In this document: positions 20,646-32,714 of the stretch, in pieces | Layout: the number at the start of each line of letters is the position of its first letter | Position numbering within the stretch: position 1 is the first letter of the stretch | NCBI GenBank assembly: GCA_963785305.1 | Contig: CAWAUV010000007.1 | Location: forward strand, 256,001-320,000 | Reading direction: 5' to 3' | Length of the DNA: 64,000 nt | From: an uncultured Planctomycetaceae bacterium | GTDB lineage: Bacteria > Planctomycetota > Planctomycetia > Pirellulales > PALSA-1355 | The notes under the pieces: generated by a model | The model's database searches: none | What the model was told of the DNA's origin: nothing | The model's input: the letters and a program-made list of their open reading frames with translations, nothing else | Translations under genes and position numbers: made by a program

Positions 20646-21555
20646 ATGGACTGGAATATCGAGGCAATCGTCGCCGAATTGCGGAGGCTGCGAGAGGCGT
20701 CGTTGGCGGCGCGGCGGCGTCTGGGCAAACCGGCCAAGCTACCATCGCGCAAAATGCTCGCCGGAATCGTCGAAGGTCTCAGCGCCGCGCTCTTTCCAAA
20801 TCGCTTGGGCGCTCGCGCGCTTGCCAACGAAAGCCTCGACTACTTCGTGGGACATTCGCTCGACGAGTCGCTGCGCGAGCTGGCGGAACAGGTGGCGCGG
20901 CGAACTGCAGTTCAATTCGGAACAAGGAACCGCCAGCGACGAGCAGCGTGAGAAGGCCGTGGCCATCGTGCGAGAGTTTGCCTCTTGCCTCCCTCGGATT
21001 CGTATCATGCTCGATGGCGACATCGAAGCCGCCTTCGAAGGCGACCCGGCGGCTCGAAGCATCGACGAGGTATTGGCTTGTTATCCAGGAGTCACCGCGA
21101 TCGCCCATTACCGCATGGCGCATGCGCTCTTTGGCTTGGGGGCGCCATTGGTCGCGCGGATCATCACGGAGATCGCCCACTCGACGACCGGAATCGACAT
21201 TCACCCGGGAGCGCGGATCGGACGCGGTTTCTTCATCGATCATGGGACCGGCGTCGTCATTGGTGAAACCGCGATCATCGGCGATCGGGTGCGTTTGTAT
21301 CACGGGGTGACCCTCGGGGCCCGACATTTTCCGGTGGACGATGACGGCGTTTTGATCAAAGGCAACGCTCGCCATCCGATTGTCGAAGACGATGTGGTGA
21401 TTTATGCCGGCGCCACGATCCTAGGCCGAATCACGATCGGCCGCGGATCGGTGATTGGCGGCAATGTTTGGCTGACGCGGAGTCTTCCTCCGGACAGCAA
21501 CGTGTCGCAAGCGAAAGTGCGCAGCGAGGTTTTTGACAGTGGGGCCGGGATCTAG
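20646..21555 (+). CDS. cysE: Serine O-acetyltransferase (EpsC/SrpH-type); frameshift near 20900
   Basis: MDWNIEAIVAELR N-terminus, then GDPAARS, TGIDIHPGA, FIDHGTGVVIGET, RHPIVEDDVVIYAGATILG. Confidence 0.92.
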
Positions 21556-21574
21556 CGACGCGAGCATCGAGTGG

Positions 21575-21658
21575 GCTAAAAGCCTATCCGACAACTCCGC
21601 CCTCTCCCCGTTGGGGAGAGGGCGGAGTTGTCGCGGAAGTTCTCGGATAGGCTCTAGC
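21575..21658. repeat. Nested inverted repeat (REP/MITE-like) downstream of cysE
   Basis: Perfect 21-bp stem 21589-21609/21613-21633 (core CCCTCTCCCC..GGGGAGAGGG), plus outer IR AGCCTATCCGA/TCGGATAGGCT. Confidence 0.7.
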
Positions 21659-21901
21659 GAGGCTGCGCCTCAGACCAACTGCCGGATGCCAATAGTGAAC
21701 GGACTACGGTACGAAACTTGACTCAATTGCGCCGACATCCGCTTGGTGTAAGTAACCTAAGGCGGAAGTCTTGAAAACGAATTCCGCCCTCGCACAGCGA
21801 GCGTAATGTGTTGAGTGGCGAATGATTATCGAAAAGAAGCGCGCCGAACCAAATCCCGTGCTCGATTCAAAGCCCTGGTTGCAAATACCCCGCTGCCCGC
21901 T

Positions 21902-23221
21902 TCAGGTCAGATTCGGCAGCGGGCCGTCGGCGGCGTAGTCGGGATTGCCGAAGCGTTCGAGGCGGTGGCCCATGCCGTGGGCCAGCGAGAGCAGCAGGCG
22001 GTTGTGCGGCAGCTTCGGAAACTTGAGCGACCGGCCCATGCGGAAGTCGAGCCCGGAGCCCAGGAGCACGAACGGAATATCGTCGAGCGTGTGCGAATTG
22101 CCTTTGCCAAGCTCGTTCGTCCACACAATCAGCGTGTTGTCGAGCAAACTGCCCTCGCCGCCCGGCTCGGGAGTCTCGGCCAAGCGGCGGGCCAAATAGG
22201 CCAATTGCTCGGCGAACCAGTGGTTGATCCGAATCAGCTTGTCGCGAGCCCCTTCGTTATTGTCGGGCTCGTGCGATAGATGATGGTGATCGTCGTCGAT
22301 ACCTAGCCACCGCATCTTGGCTTGGCCCACGGAGTTCGTGTACTGGAGCGTGACCACGCGGGCAAAGTCGGCCGCCAGGCTGTTGACGATCAGTTCGACC
22401 TGCAGCTTGCTGATCCGGGGGATTTCGTCGTTCTCTTCCTTGATGCCTTGTTCGATCGCGGGCATCGCGTGGTCGGCGCCATGGTCGGCGGCCGACTTGA
22501 GTTCCCGCTCCATCTCGCGAACAAACGTGGCGTGTTCGTCGAGCAAGCGGCGATCGTCCTTGCTAATCACGCCCTCGATCTTGCGCAGGTCTTGTTGCAC
22601 ATCGTCGAGCACGCTGCCGAGCACCGCTTCTTCCTGGGCCCGGCCATAGAGCTTGCGAAACATCTGATACGGATTGTCGATCGGCGCGATCGGGCGGTTG
22701 GCTCCGGCATAGACCATGCGCGTCCAGGTATCGGCGCGGTCGGGCACCATCACGCCAAATTCGAGCGAGCCGAATCGGGTTCGCGTCGCTTCATCGCGCT
22801 GTAAGAAGTTCTTGATCTCCTGATCGATCGAGATGCCGCTCGACCAACCGGCCGGGGTGTGCGAGCCGCCCTGGATATTGCCGGGAAAGAGCTCGACTCC
22901 GGTGAGCAAGCAGCCGATGCCGCGCATATGGTTGTCGCCATCGCCGCGCACCTTGTCGCACACTCCATGCAAGGTGAGCAACCGCGAACGAAAGGGCTCG
23001 AGCGGCTCGAGGCTCTTGGGCAATGTGAATTGCTCGCCTTCCTCGCTCGGCCAAAACGCGTCGGGAATCACGCCGTTGGGCGAAAACACCACGATCAACC
23101 GCTGCTTGCGCCGCGACTGATTGGCGAAACACAAGCTGGGCAGGTTCAACACAAACGGCGCCGCCGCCGCGCCGATTCCCAACTTGCGAATAAAGCGACG
23201 CCGTGAAAGTAGTCGCGACAT
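21902..23221 (-). CDS. DUF1552 domain protein with Tat signal
   Basis: [11 protein letters not shown]at motif, [32 protein letters not shown]; paired with DUF1592. Confidence 0.88.
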   Translation of the reverse strand: MSRLLSRRRFIRKLGIGAAAAPFVLNLPSLCFANQSRRKQRLIVVFSPNGVIPDAFWPSEEGEQFTLPKSLEPLEPFRSRLLTLHGVCDKVRGDGDNHMRGIGCLLTGVELFPGNIQGGSHTPAGWSSGISIDQEIKNFLQRDEATRTRFGSLEFGVMVPDRADTWTRMVYAGANRPIAPIDNPYQMFRKLYGRAQEEAVLGSVLDDVQQDLRKIEGVISKDDRRLLDEHATFVREMERELKSAADHGADHAMPAIEQGIKEENDEIPRISKLQVELIVNSLAADFARVVTLQYTNSVGQAKMRWLGIDDDHHHLSHEPDNNEGARDKLIRINHWFAEQLAYLARRLAETPEPGGEGSLLDNTLIVWTNELGKGNSHTLDDIPFVLLGSGLDFRMGRSLKFPKLPHNRLLLSLAHGMGHRLERFGNPDYAADGPLPNLT

Positions 23222-23282
23222 GGTTTCATCTCCCGACGCAAAAGGTCCGCCCAATGGAGTGGATTCGAGGTTGTGGCGCGTT

Positions 23283-25726
23283 TCAAGGCGCCGGCGACAT
23301 CGGCTGCGTCGCAACCGTCTCTCCGGCCGGTTTCGAGCCCGGCTCGAGCGCCGCCAAGAGCACGATGTTCACCACCAGCTTTCGGATATTGTAACCATCG
23401 GCCGCGAATCCTGCGCAGCAATGCCTCGCGCTTCGCGGGATCATAGGCCCGAATCGGCTGTTTCACCATGTGATGAAACAGTTGCTCGACAAACGCTTCG
23501 TGGGTTTCGGGAGCGCCGGCCAAAAATGTCGCGAGGTCGCGCACATTCGCGAAATGCACTATTTCGCCGGCGCGAGTTTGATACACGCCGGCCGAGTCGA
23601 TCGGCTTGCCCTGCTCGTCGCCGCGGAAGCGCCCGAGCGCGTCGAAATTCTCGAAGGCAAACCCCAGCGGATTGATCATCCGATGACATGATTGACACGC
23701 GGTGGCGCTGGTCTGCAGCGAGATGCGCTCGCGCGTCGTGAGCGTCGGCTGCAATTCGGGCGGCGCCGGCGCCACGGCTTCCGGCGGCGGGCGAAGCGAA
23801 CGACCCAGCACGCTACGGGCAATGAACACTCCGCGATGGATCGGCGAGCTCGTGGCCGAATAGGCGAGCCCCGCCATCATATACGGATGCGTGAGCACGC
23901 CGGCGGCGGAGCGCCCGATAACGTGACTTTTTGAAACGGAGCGTCTTCGGCCAGCGGCGCTCCATAGAGCTTGGCGAGCCGACCATTGAGAAACAGCTCT
24001 TGCCCGAGCAGCAATTGGCGAAAGTCCGATGCATCGCTGCCCACGACGTCGTCGAGCATCAGTTCGAGCGAAGTGCGGAGATCGGTGATGGTTTGCAGAT
24101 CGAAATCGCCGCCGAGTCGTGCGTCCTTGCTCATTTCGGCGAACCGCTCGACATTGAGCCAGCTCAGAAAAAACTCGCGCAGCTTGGCCTTGGCCCGCAA
24201 GTCGTCGAGCATGCGCTCGGCATGCCGCCGGGCGACCTCGGGCCGGGTAAGATCGCCGCGCTGCGATTGGGAAATTAGCTGGGCGTCGGGCAACGAATCC
24301 CAAAGTTCGAGCGCCAGCCGACCGGCCACGCGATAGGCATCGCCCGGGGATGCCTCGCCGCCGAGAGAGACATCGCAGTACAAAAAGCGAGGCGAGAGTT
24401 GAAAGAGCAGCAGGGAACGCTCGATCGCCCGAGTCGGGTCCTCGATCGCGGCAAAGGGCCGTTCGATGAAAAACTCGCGCTCTTCCGCCGATAGCGGCCG
24501 GCGAAACGCGCGCTCGCCCCAGCGCCCGGCGAATTCCTTCAGCTTGGGCTTGCGGTCGGGATTGTCCGGCTTGTCGCCCGCGAGCTCCGCGAGGTGGTCG
24601 AGCACATAGGCCGTGGTTTCCAAGGCCCCGTCGGCCGCCGCTTGGCTCCACGCCTGCGAGATCGCCGCGCCGCGCTCGTAGCCCAAGCTGCGATCGTCGG
24701 CCGGGAAGCGAGTCGTGGCCACATACGTTTCCGGAAACCACTCGGGCGAGAGCAACCGCTCGGGCACGACCCGCGGAGCCGAACGCGGCGGTCGCCAGCG
24801 AAGCACGATCGAGGCCGACTTCTCCTTGGCCTTCTTCGACTTCGACATTTGCAGCCGTAGCGGATAGGCGCGACCGCCCAGAAGTTCGATCGAGCCGCGA
24901 AATTCGGAGTCGGCGCCCGACTTCACCGTGGCGTCGATCAAAGGCACTTTATTGTTGTTCACATAAAGCTGCATCCCGGTCTCGCAGGCGACGATGAATT
25001 CATACTCGCCGCTATCGGGGGCGAGCACCGCGCCTTGCCACTGAACGGAAAACTCCTCGGCGTCGTGCATCTTCTCCGCGTCGGGACTGCCTTCGCCAAA
25101 ATGAAAGTCGACAACCGGATCGATGCGCTCAAACGCCTTGTCCTGTTGCTTATAGTGCGACGATTTGTAGTACGTCGCCTTGAGCCCGCGCTCCGCTTTC
25201 CAAAGATTGCCGCCGCGAAAGCCGCCGACCAGATCGGCCGCCACCATGTGGTATTGCCGGGCCGTGAGCCGCGAGAGATCGATGCGCGCTGGTCGAATTC
25301 GCGATTGGGCCACCGGCGAGTAAAAGGCATTGTAGATGTATTCCGACACCTGGCGGGCATCGTCGCCCACGCAGGAGCCCGGATCGTCTTCGGGCATGCT
25401 TTTGGCGATGTAGTCGGCGAGCTCCGGAATCGAGCGATCGCCCACGAGCGGCTTGGCGTCGTGGTCGACGCCGCCCTCGCCCGTGGCCCCGTGGCACTTG
25501 AGGCACTGCTTGCGATAGGCCGCTTCACCCTTGGCCACGCTGTTCGATTCGCCGTCGGCGTCGCGGATCGCGGGGCTGGAGCTTTGGTCGTCGGCCCGCA
25601 GCCGACGGGCGGGCGCAACGAGCGCGAGCAGAGTCGCCGCGGCGATCGCGAGCGCGGTGCGCGGCCTTGGGCGTTTTAAGAGGGCGGCCTGCGCGCAGCG
25701 GTGGAAGAGGCAAGGTCGTGCGACAT
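23283..25726 (-). CDS. DUF1592-type (PSD) protein with N-terminal cytochrome c and PA14 domain; frameshifts about 25530, 23915, 23410
   Basis: CLKCHG, PA14-like [62 protein letters not shown]. Confidence 0.82.
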
Positions 25727-26034
25727 GGATCGAGGCGGGTGGAGGGAGTCGAGGGATTGGAATCCCCGGGGGTGGATGCGACCAAGCAGGATTTCAGTAT
25801 ACCGCGAATCGGAGCGGCGAGTAGCAAAGCGGTTCGGCCCGGAGTGGAAAATTTAGCCGTCTCGGGCATCGTGAGTCCGCGGCCGCATGCTTATTTGGGG
25901 GGCGGCCGACCGTATACTCGGCCCCGGCGGAGAATTATCATAAGACACTCGCGGAGGCGCCCCGTTGTCGGCCGCCCTTGTTTGCCAATGACCGATCCCG
26001 ATTTACCCCTAGTTTTTGAAGGAGCCCACCGAGC

Positions 26035-26889
26035 ATGAGACACGACTGGACCCGTCGCGAATTTTTAGGAGCGAGCGCGGCCGCCGCGGCCGCCGCGCTC
26101 TTGGCGCCGCGCGGCGCCTGGGCCATCGACGAAAACCGTGCCCGCTTCGGCGGCTTTCTCGTCGGAGTGCAAAGCTTCACGTTTCGCTCGTTTTCGCCCG
26201 ACAAGACCCTCGACATGATTCAGCAGCTTGGGCTGCACGCCGTGGAATTCTTTCCCGGCCAGTATCCGATCAATTCGTCGGACGAGCAGATCGCCACGAT
26301 GAAGCAGAAATGCGAATCGCACGGCATCGTGTGCAATGGCCACGGCGTCAACGGCTTCGGCGGCAACAAAGACGCCAATCGCAAGGTTTTCGAATTCGCC
26401 AAGAAGGCCGGCATCAAGAACCTCTCGGCCGACCCGACGCCCGAGGCGTTTGGCAATCTCGACGAACTCGTGGCGGAATATGACATTCGCATCGCGATCC
26501 ACAACCACGGCCCCGGCGCGCGCTACAACAAGGTCAGCGATGTGCTGAAGGCGATCCAAGGCCACGACAAACGGATCGGCGCCTGCGCCGACCTGGGACA
26601 TTACATTCGTTCGGGCGAAGACCCGGTGGAAGTAATCCGGCAGCTCGAAGGCCGGCTGTATGGCATTCACCTCAAGGACTTCGCCGAGCCGAAGGGCAAC
26701 GCCAAGGGCACGATCCTGGGCAAGGGATGCCTGAATGTCGAGGCCGTGTTCAAGGCCCTGCACAAGGTGAACTTCCCCGCCGACGGCTGCTTGTCGATCG
26801 AGTACGAGGAAAACGCGAAAGACCCGATGGACGACATGAAGCAAAACGTGGCGATTGCCGCCGAAGCCGCCCAAAAAGCGGCGGCCTGA
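26035..26889 (+). CDS. Sugar phosphate isomerase/epimerase (AP endonuclease 2 TIM barrel), Tat-exported
   Basis: TRREFLG Tat motif; IHNHG, DLGH, HLKD, SIEYE metal ligands. Confidence 0.9.
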   Translation: MRHDWTRREFLGASAAAAAAALLAPRGAWAIDENRARFGGFLVGVQSFTFRSFSPDKTLDMIQQLGLHAVEFFPGQYPINSSDEQIATMKQKCESHGIVCNGHGVNGFGGNKDANRKVFEFAKKAGIKNLSADPTPEAFGNLDELVAEYDIRIAIHNHGPGARYNKVSDVLKAIQGHDKRIGACADLGHYIRSGEDPVEVIRQLEGRLYGIHLKDFAEPKGNAKGTILGKGCLNVEAVFKALHKVNFPADGCLSIEYEENAKDPMDDMKQNVAIAAEAAQKAAA

Positions 26890-26925
26890 AAAGCCGGCGA
26901 GATCGTTCTAGCGACGAAAACAGCG

Positions 26926-26970
26926 ACGGGCTCATTTTGCAACGACGCAAAATGAGCCCGTTTTTATTTT
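26926..26970. terminator. Intrinsic terminator between convergent genes
   Basis: ACGGGCTCATTTTGC-AACGAC-GCAAAATGAGCCCGT followed by a T tract. Confidence 0.8.
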
Positions 26971-26987
26971 GGAATTCGAGCGGGAGG

Positions 26988-29900
26988 CTATTTCGCCGCG
27001 GCGGGGTTCTTGGCGGTTTGCACGGTGGCGCCGCCGATGGCTTTGTTGATCTTGCCGATCAGCGCGTTGTACTTCGCCACCATGTCGGGACCGCTCAGGG
27101 ACGGCGACTTGATCATCATCGTGTGGAGCAGTTTCCGGGCGGTGTCGGCCTTGGTGGCGTCTTTCGTGGACTCGAACTCCATGTACAAGCAGCTCGCGGC
27201 GTAGTAATTGGCCTCGAACAGTTCGGGCAACGGCTTTCTTCCACGAGCGGCGCCGGCGAGCATCCGCGCGATGCCGGCCCATTCCCTGGCCGCGTCTTGG
27301 AGTCGGGCCGGTTCTTTCTCGGCCCAGGCTTGCAAGAGCCGGGCCTTGACCACTTTCGGCTCGAGGGCTTTTGGCTGTTCTTCGATCAGCTTGTCGATTT
27401 GCTCGACGCCGGTCTTGAACTCGCCTTTCTGCTGCAAGAGCCCCACGAGTTGGGCGCGGATTTGCGGAATGAACTTAAGCACCTTGGGACCGACCGAGTC
27501 TTTCTCCTTATCCACCTGCGCGAGGGCGGTGGTGTAGAACTGCTCGGCGAGGTTGGTGGCGCCGATTTTGGCGGCGATGCCGCCCATGTAGATGCGGCCA
27601 TCAAGCGTGTGGTTCTGCTTGGCGCCGAGTTTTTCGAGCAGCTTGGTGATATTGCCTTTGAGTCCAAACACGCGAGCTTCGGCGTCGTCGATCTTGGCGC
27701 GATCGCCATCAGTCTTGGCGTCGGTCAGGGCGGCTTCGGCGGCTTTGTATTCCTCGCCCAGGAGACCAACGAAATTGACCGCGATGCTATTGATCTGCGG
27801 GGAATCCTCGCCACTCAAGTCGATGAGCGATTCGGCGGCGGCGCCGCCCTTGTCGAATTCGCCGGCGCCGTTGTAACTTCGCACCGCGAGAATAAACGTT
27901 CTTTGAACCGACTTGTCGATCTGTTCCGGCTTTTTGGCTTTGTAGCTGTCGATAATCGGCTGGAGCAGGGCCGCGGCGCCCTTGAAGTCGCCTTTTTCGT
28001 ATTTCACGTCGCCGAGAAGCTGCTGCAAGTCGAGCAGTTCCTCCGATGGCCCCTCGCCCGCCGCCTGTTTCTTCTTGAGGTTGTCGAGCCCGGCGAGCAG
28101 TTGCTTCTCGGCCTGATCGCGTTCGGAGTCGATCAGGGCCTGATCGCGCTGCTCGGCGGGCTTGGACTTGGCGACGGCGTAGAGATGGTAGTGGAGCGTG
28201 CCGGCGAGTTGGCAGGCCTGGGGAAAGCTGAGCGAGCGCTCGCTCACGCCCTCGAGCGCCTTGATCGCTTCGTCGTATTGTCCGCGGAGCGCGGCTCCGC
28301 GGCCGAGCGCAATGCGCACTTCGTCGGCCTCGGCGCGATCTCCCCACTTTTTGAGCGTGAATTCGGCCACGCTCTGCATTCGCTTGAAAAGGGCGCTGCG
28401 CTGTTCCTCTTCCTTGGCTTTGTCGTCGTCTTTTACTTCGCCGGCTTCCGCCAGCAAAATTCGCACGCACAACGTCGCGGCCTTGGGCGCGACCTCGCTC
28501 TCGGGATCGGGACTCTTGGCGGCCTTGCTCGCAAGCTCATAGGCTTCGTCGAACTTCTGATTCTTCAATCGCGAGAGCGCCGCCATGAAGTTGGCCTTGT
28601 CGAGGCCGGTCTTCATGTCCACGACCCGCTTTTTCTTGTCTTCCTTCTCCTTGGGAGTCTCGCCCGGCTTGGGAACGTCGGCCAGTTCGAGGGCGCAGTT
28701 CATAGAGCTTGAGCGCCGCTTCCCACGAGCCATTGTTGGCCGCTTCGTCGGCCGAGAGCGCGGCTTCGTTGAAATCCTTGATGTTGGCCACGTCGCCGCC
28801 CGCGCCGCCTTCCTCCGATTTGCCCTCGAAAAACTCCTTGTAAAGACGCATCGCCTCGAGCCGCGACTCGCTCTTGACCTTCACGATCTCCTTGAGCCGC
28901 TTGCGGGCCGCGTCGCTGAGCTTGGTCGCCTCGGGGCCGGTGGCCTTCTTGGCTTTTTCCAGATTCAACTTCGCGAACTGGAGCGCGATGGCCTGATACC
29001 CATCGGTCTTGCGATATGCCTTCTTCAGGTCCGAATCCGGATTGCCCGGGCCGCCGAAATCCCATTGCTTGAGCCACGCGCCGGCGTCGTCGAGGTAGGC
29101 CTCGGCCCCTTTCTTGCGCAGCGTAATCAACATGTTGAAATTCGCGTTCTGGGAGAGCAGCGGCTCGATGCCCGAGGGCTTGGCCCTGGCGTCGGACGAA
29201 CCCTCGGGCTCCATGGCGCTGACTTCGTCGTAGATGTCTTGGGCCTTGACCTCGTCGCCCATTTCGTCGGCGCATTTGCCGTCCCACACGTGGGCATAGA
29301 GGCTCAAGACGCCCAGGATCGTGAGCACGCCGCGGTTCTCTTGATAGATTGCGTCGAACGCCTTTCCGGCGGCCTTGAGCGCCTCCTTGCGCGGGCCGGC
29401 CTTGTGGTCGAGATAGGTCTGGGCGATGTAATAATCGGCCATCGCCAGACTCATGCGCACTTCATACCAGTCGAGCTTGGCGTCGGCGATGGCGTCGAGC
29501 ACCGCCTGTTTCTGCTTGTTGGTCCGACCGCCCTTGTCGCCCTTGGCTTCCAGCGCTTCGTACTTGGTCTGATAGCTGGCGACCGTGGCGGCGAGGCCGC
29601 TCTTGGCTTCTTGAAACGCCTTGCGAGCCTCTTCCATCTGCTTGGCGGCTTCGGTCTTGTCGGGGTTGAGCTTCGCCTCGGCCAAGAGCGTCATCGCGTT
29701 TTCGTTGGCGGCTTCGCCGAGCAGCGCCTTGGCGCGAGCCGCGTCGGGGCTGTCGGGGTGGTCGGCGATGAACTTCTGGGCCATGGCCTTGTATTTGGCC
29801 TCGCGCTGCTCGGCCTCGGTCGGATTGTAGGCCTCGCGCACCGAGTCCTTGATGAAAATCGCCATCTGCAAGTCGTAGCTGTCCTTGATCGCCGGCGGCA

Positions 29901-30081
29901 CCTTGTTTTGCGCTTCGAGCGACTCGAGATAGTCGATGCCGACTTCACCATAGTCGGCGCTCTCGAGCGCTCGCAGGAATTCCATCGTGGGCTCGGCGGC
30001 GCCAACCACGCCGGCAGCGCACCAAAACGCCAGGGAACATGGAACGACAAGCCGGTGGGAAAGAGCGCGCGACATGAGCAT
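26988..30081 (-). CDS. Large secreted TPR-like alpha-helical repeat protein; frameshift near 28700
   Basis: Signal peptide; Ala/Lys/Glu-rich helical repeats in ORFs 28537..30081 and 26988..28733. Confidence 0.7.
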
Positions 30082-30500
30082 GGAACCGAGTGGCTTGGGT
30101 GACGAATTTAGACGGAAACGCTAAGAATAGACCGTGGCTGGACAGGCCCCCCGAGCAACCCGCCCGGCGATTGAGCGGCTCAAGCGGCGACGGGATCGCC
30201 CCGCAATCCGCTTGCGACCCGGCGGGGGCCGGCGGCTCGGGCCCGCGTCAGGCCGCGCTGGGTGGCCCCATGAAAATTATCCCCTGACCGATTCGCGCGA
30301 GTCGCCGGCGCAATCGCGGCAAACGGCCGACGATCGATCACCGCCCAACTCGATTGTAACACGGCGGCGAGGCCGTTGTGCGGGCTAGCGATTCGTTTTT
30401 TAGCCATTGCCCCGCCCGCGCGGGGTCACTCGTTCTGGGTCGCCGGCTCGGGGTCGCCCAATCCGGGCCGACCGCCCGTTTCCGCTCGGCGCCCGATTTA

Positions 30501-32104
30501 CTATTTTTTCTTCTCTTCGCCCTTCTTGCCGGCTTCGTCGAGTTTATAGAGCGGCAGATAGCGATAGTAGACTTCAAGCGTCAGGCAACTCAGGCTGGTC
30601 TCGAAGATGCGGCCCGCTTCTTCTCCCCAGTGGTCCTTGGCCGGATCCCAACTCCCGGTCGCACAGCCCGACTTGACTTGCGAGTCGATCAGAATCTTGC
30701 GCATCGCGCGGTTCCAAGAATCCCACTCGGGGCCGGGCAGGTTGTGCATGACCTGGGTGGCGTAGTACCAGAAGTAGACATTGCGCTGGCCCGGGTTCGG
30801 CATGTGGCCCATCAGAAAAGCCGTGCCGCCCTTGATGATCGGATCGTCTTTCGAGGCGCCAAGATATTGCGAGCACAAGAGACCCACGGCGCTCATCGGC
30901 GGACTGAAGCCCTTGCCGACCATGTAGCCGAACTGACCGGTTCCGTTGCCGCAAGAAGTGAGAAACCGCTTGGCGCCATCGAGCGTTTGACTGTTGACGG
31001 CCAAGCCGGCCATGTGGGCATCTTGAGGCCCATGACTTGCCAACCCACGACCGAGGTGTCGCCCTCTTGCCGCGGAGCGTATCGCCAGCCGCCGCCGGCC
31101 GGATGCTGCGATTGTTCGATGAAATAGATCGCTTTCTGCGCGGCGGCGCCGTAGTTCTTGTCGCGACTCAGCCCATAGGCTTCGCAAAGGCAAATCGTGC
31201 AAAGGCCATGGGTATACATTTGCGACTGACCGCCACCGCCGGCCGAGAGATCGCCATCGCCTTTTTGATTGCTGGCCAGCCAGTACAGGCCGTTTTTAAT
31301 GGTTGCTTGATAAGGCCCCTTGGTCAGATGCGTTTGGCCGGCCGCCAGGAAGGGCAGGAGCGCCATGGCTGTCGCCGCCGGGTTCGACTTGATCTTGCTC
31401 GCGCCGCCGGCGCAGGTGCCGTCTTTACAGCGGGCAATGTATTCCGAGAGCGACCAGCTTCCGTCGGGACTCTGATGCCGAGCCAACCAACTGAGCGCCG
31501 CGGCCACGGCTCGCTCCGACTGCTTCGTGCCGCCATTGGCGCTGAGCACGGCGTTGCGCACACCTTGGCCGCGTCCGCCAAAACCCGTGCCCTTGTCGCC
31601 CGAACCAATGCCTTGGCCGTTGCTGACCTGACCGCCCAAGCCGCCGGGGCCCTTCGACATCACGCCATTGGATATCGACTTCAGGTCGGGCGACATGCCG
31701 GGCAGGTTGGCGGCGTTGGCCACCGATTGGCCTCCGCCCGCTTCAACAAACGGGTCGTCGGGGGTGGTGTTGATTTGCTCCTCGACATTGGGCGGCTTTT
31801 CGGTCAGCGAATCGGTGTCGAGCACCGTGGGATCGATTGGGGTCTCGCCGACTTCCACGGTCTCGATCTCGGGAACCGCCTCGAGCTTGGCGTCTTCGAA
31901 TTCCGGATGCTCGCCCTCTTGCTTGGGCGCGACATAAATGGCGCCGAGCACCAACATGGCGACCGAGAGAATCAGAAAGTGCGCCGTGGCGCTCGTGGCC
32001 CAAAACAGCCCCTTCTCGCGAAGCCATTCCTTGAAGCCCTCCATGAAATCTTGCATGGCCGAGGGCTGCACGAGACCCGAATCCGCGGTTTCGATCCGTG
32101 ACAT
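30501..32104 (-). CDS. Prenyltransferase/squalene-oxidase-repeat protein, paralog 1; frameshift near 31020
   Basis: N-terminal TM helix, Gly-rich linker, ALSWLARHQSPDGSW, GGWRY..GDTSVVGW, YFWYYATQ, LTLEVYYRYLPLY. Confidence 0.82.
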
Positions 32105-32250
32105 AGATATGGTCCTAACTTCGCAAGCAAACAACAGAGGGGAGTGGAGAGAATCGACAATCAAAATGAAAGGATCACGGCGACTTCAGACCGCGCTACG
32201 CCATCGGCCCGCCATCGCCACCAAGCTCGACCACCGCGCCCCGAATCGAG

Positions 32251-32312
32251 AACCCAGCCGGTCGCATCGACAACTCTGCCGGTCGCATCGACAACCCAGC
32301 CGGTCGCATCGA
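32251..32312. repeat. 21-bp tandem repeat, three copies
   Basis: AAC(C/T)C(A/T)GCCGGTCGCATCGAC units at 32251, 32272, 32293. Confidence 0.8.
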
Positions 32313-32714
32313 GTCACACTGAATTATCTTTCGACGCAATGCGGCTCGTCAAGCGGCGCCGATGAAGCTGGGGCCGCGAAAACCGGCCGGCCCGCGGGCA
32401 ATTCCACGGCGCTCGCCGCGAATTTCGCCTCAAACATCACAAATTACCGTTTCCGGCCGGGGGCCGAGCCGCGACCGGCATCTGGTATATCGCCAAACAT
32501 TCATTGAATTATTGCCCGAAGAACCAAATTCCAGGACCAATTCCGCGCCGCTTGGCGGGGCGCAACATGGCCCGCCAGCGACAAGTTTCGCCCGCCGCGG
32601 CCGCGAAGCGCGAGCTGGCGGGGGGATCGATGGGCCGCTAATCTGACCGGCCAAATTGTCCGGCCCCCCGCCGGTTGTCGGGCCGCCGCCGGCGCCGCCT
32701 GTTTCTTGCCCGAA

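Noticed and set aside
26727..30102. Long antisense ORFs (26727..28712, 28585..30102; likewise 13731..15173, 55932..57428, 61802..63124)
   Set aside because: Shadow ORFs of high-GC genes on the opposite strand, with no recognisable motifs.
32251..32312. Short repeats (also 10018-10059 and the 15-bp duplication at 47129-47158) as CRISPR arrays
   Set aside because: Units are contiguous without unique spacers, and there are no cas genes.
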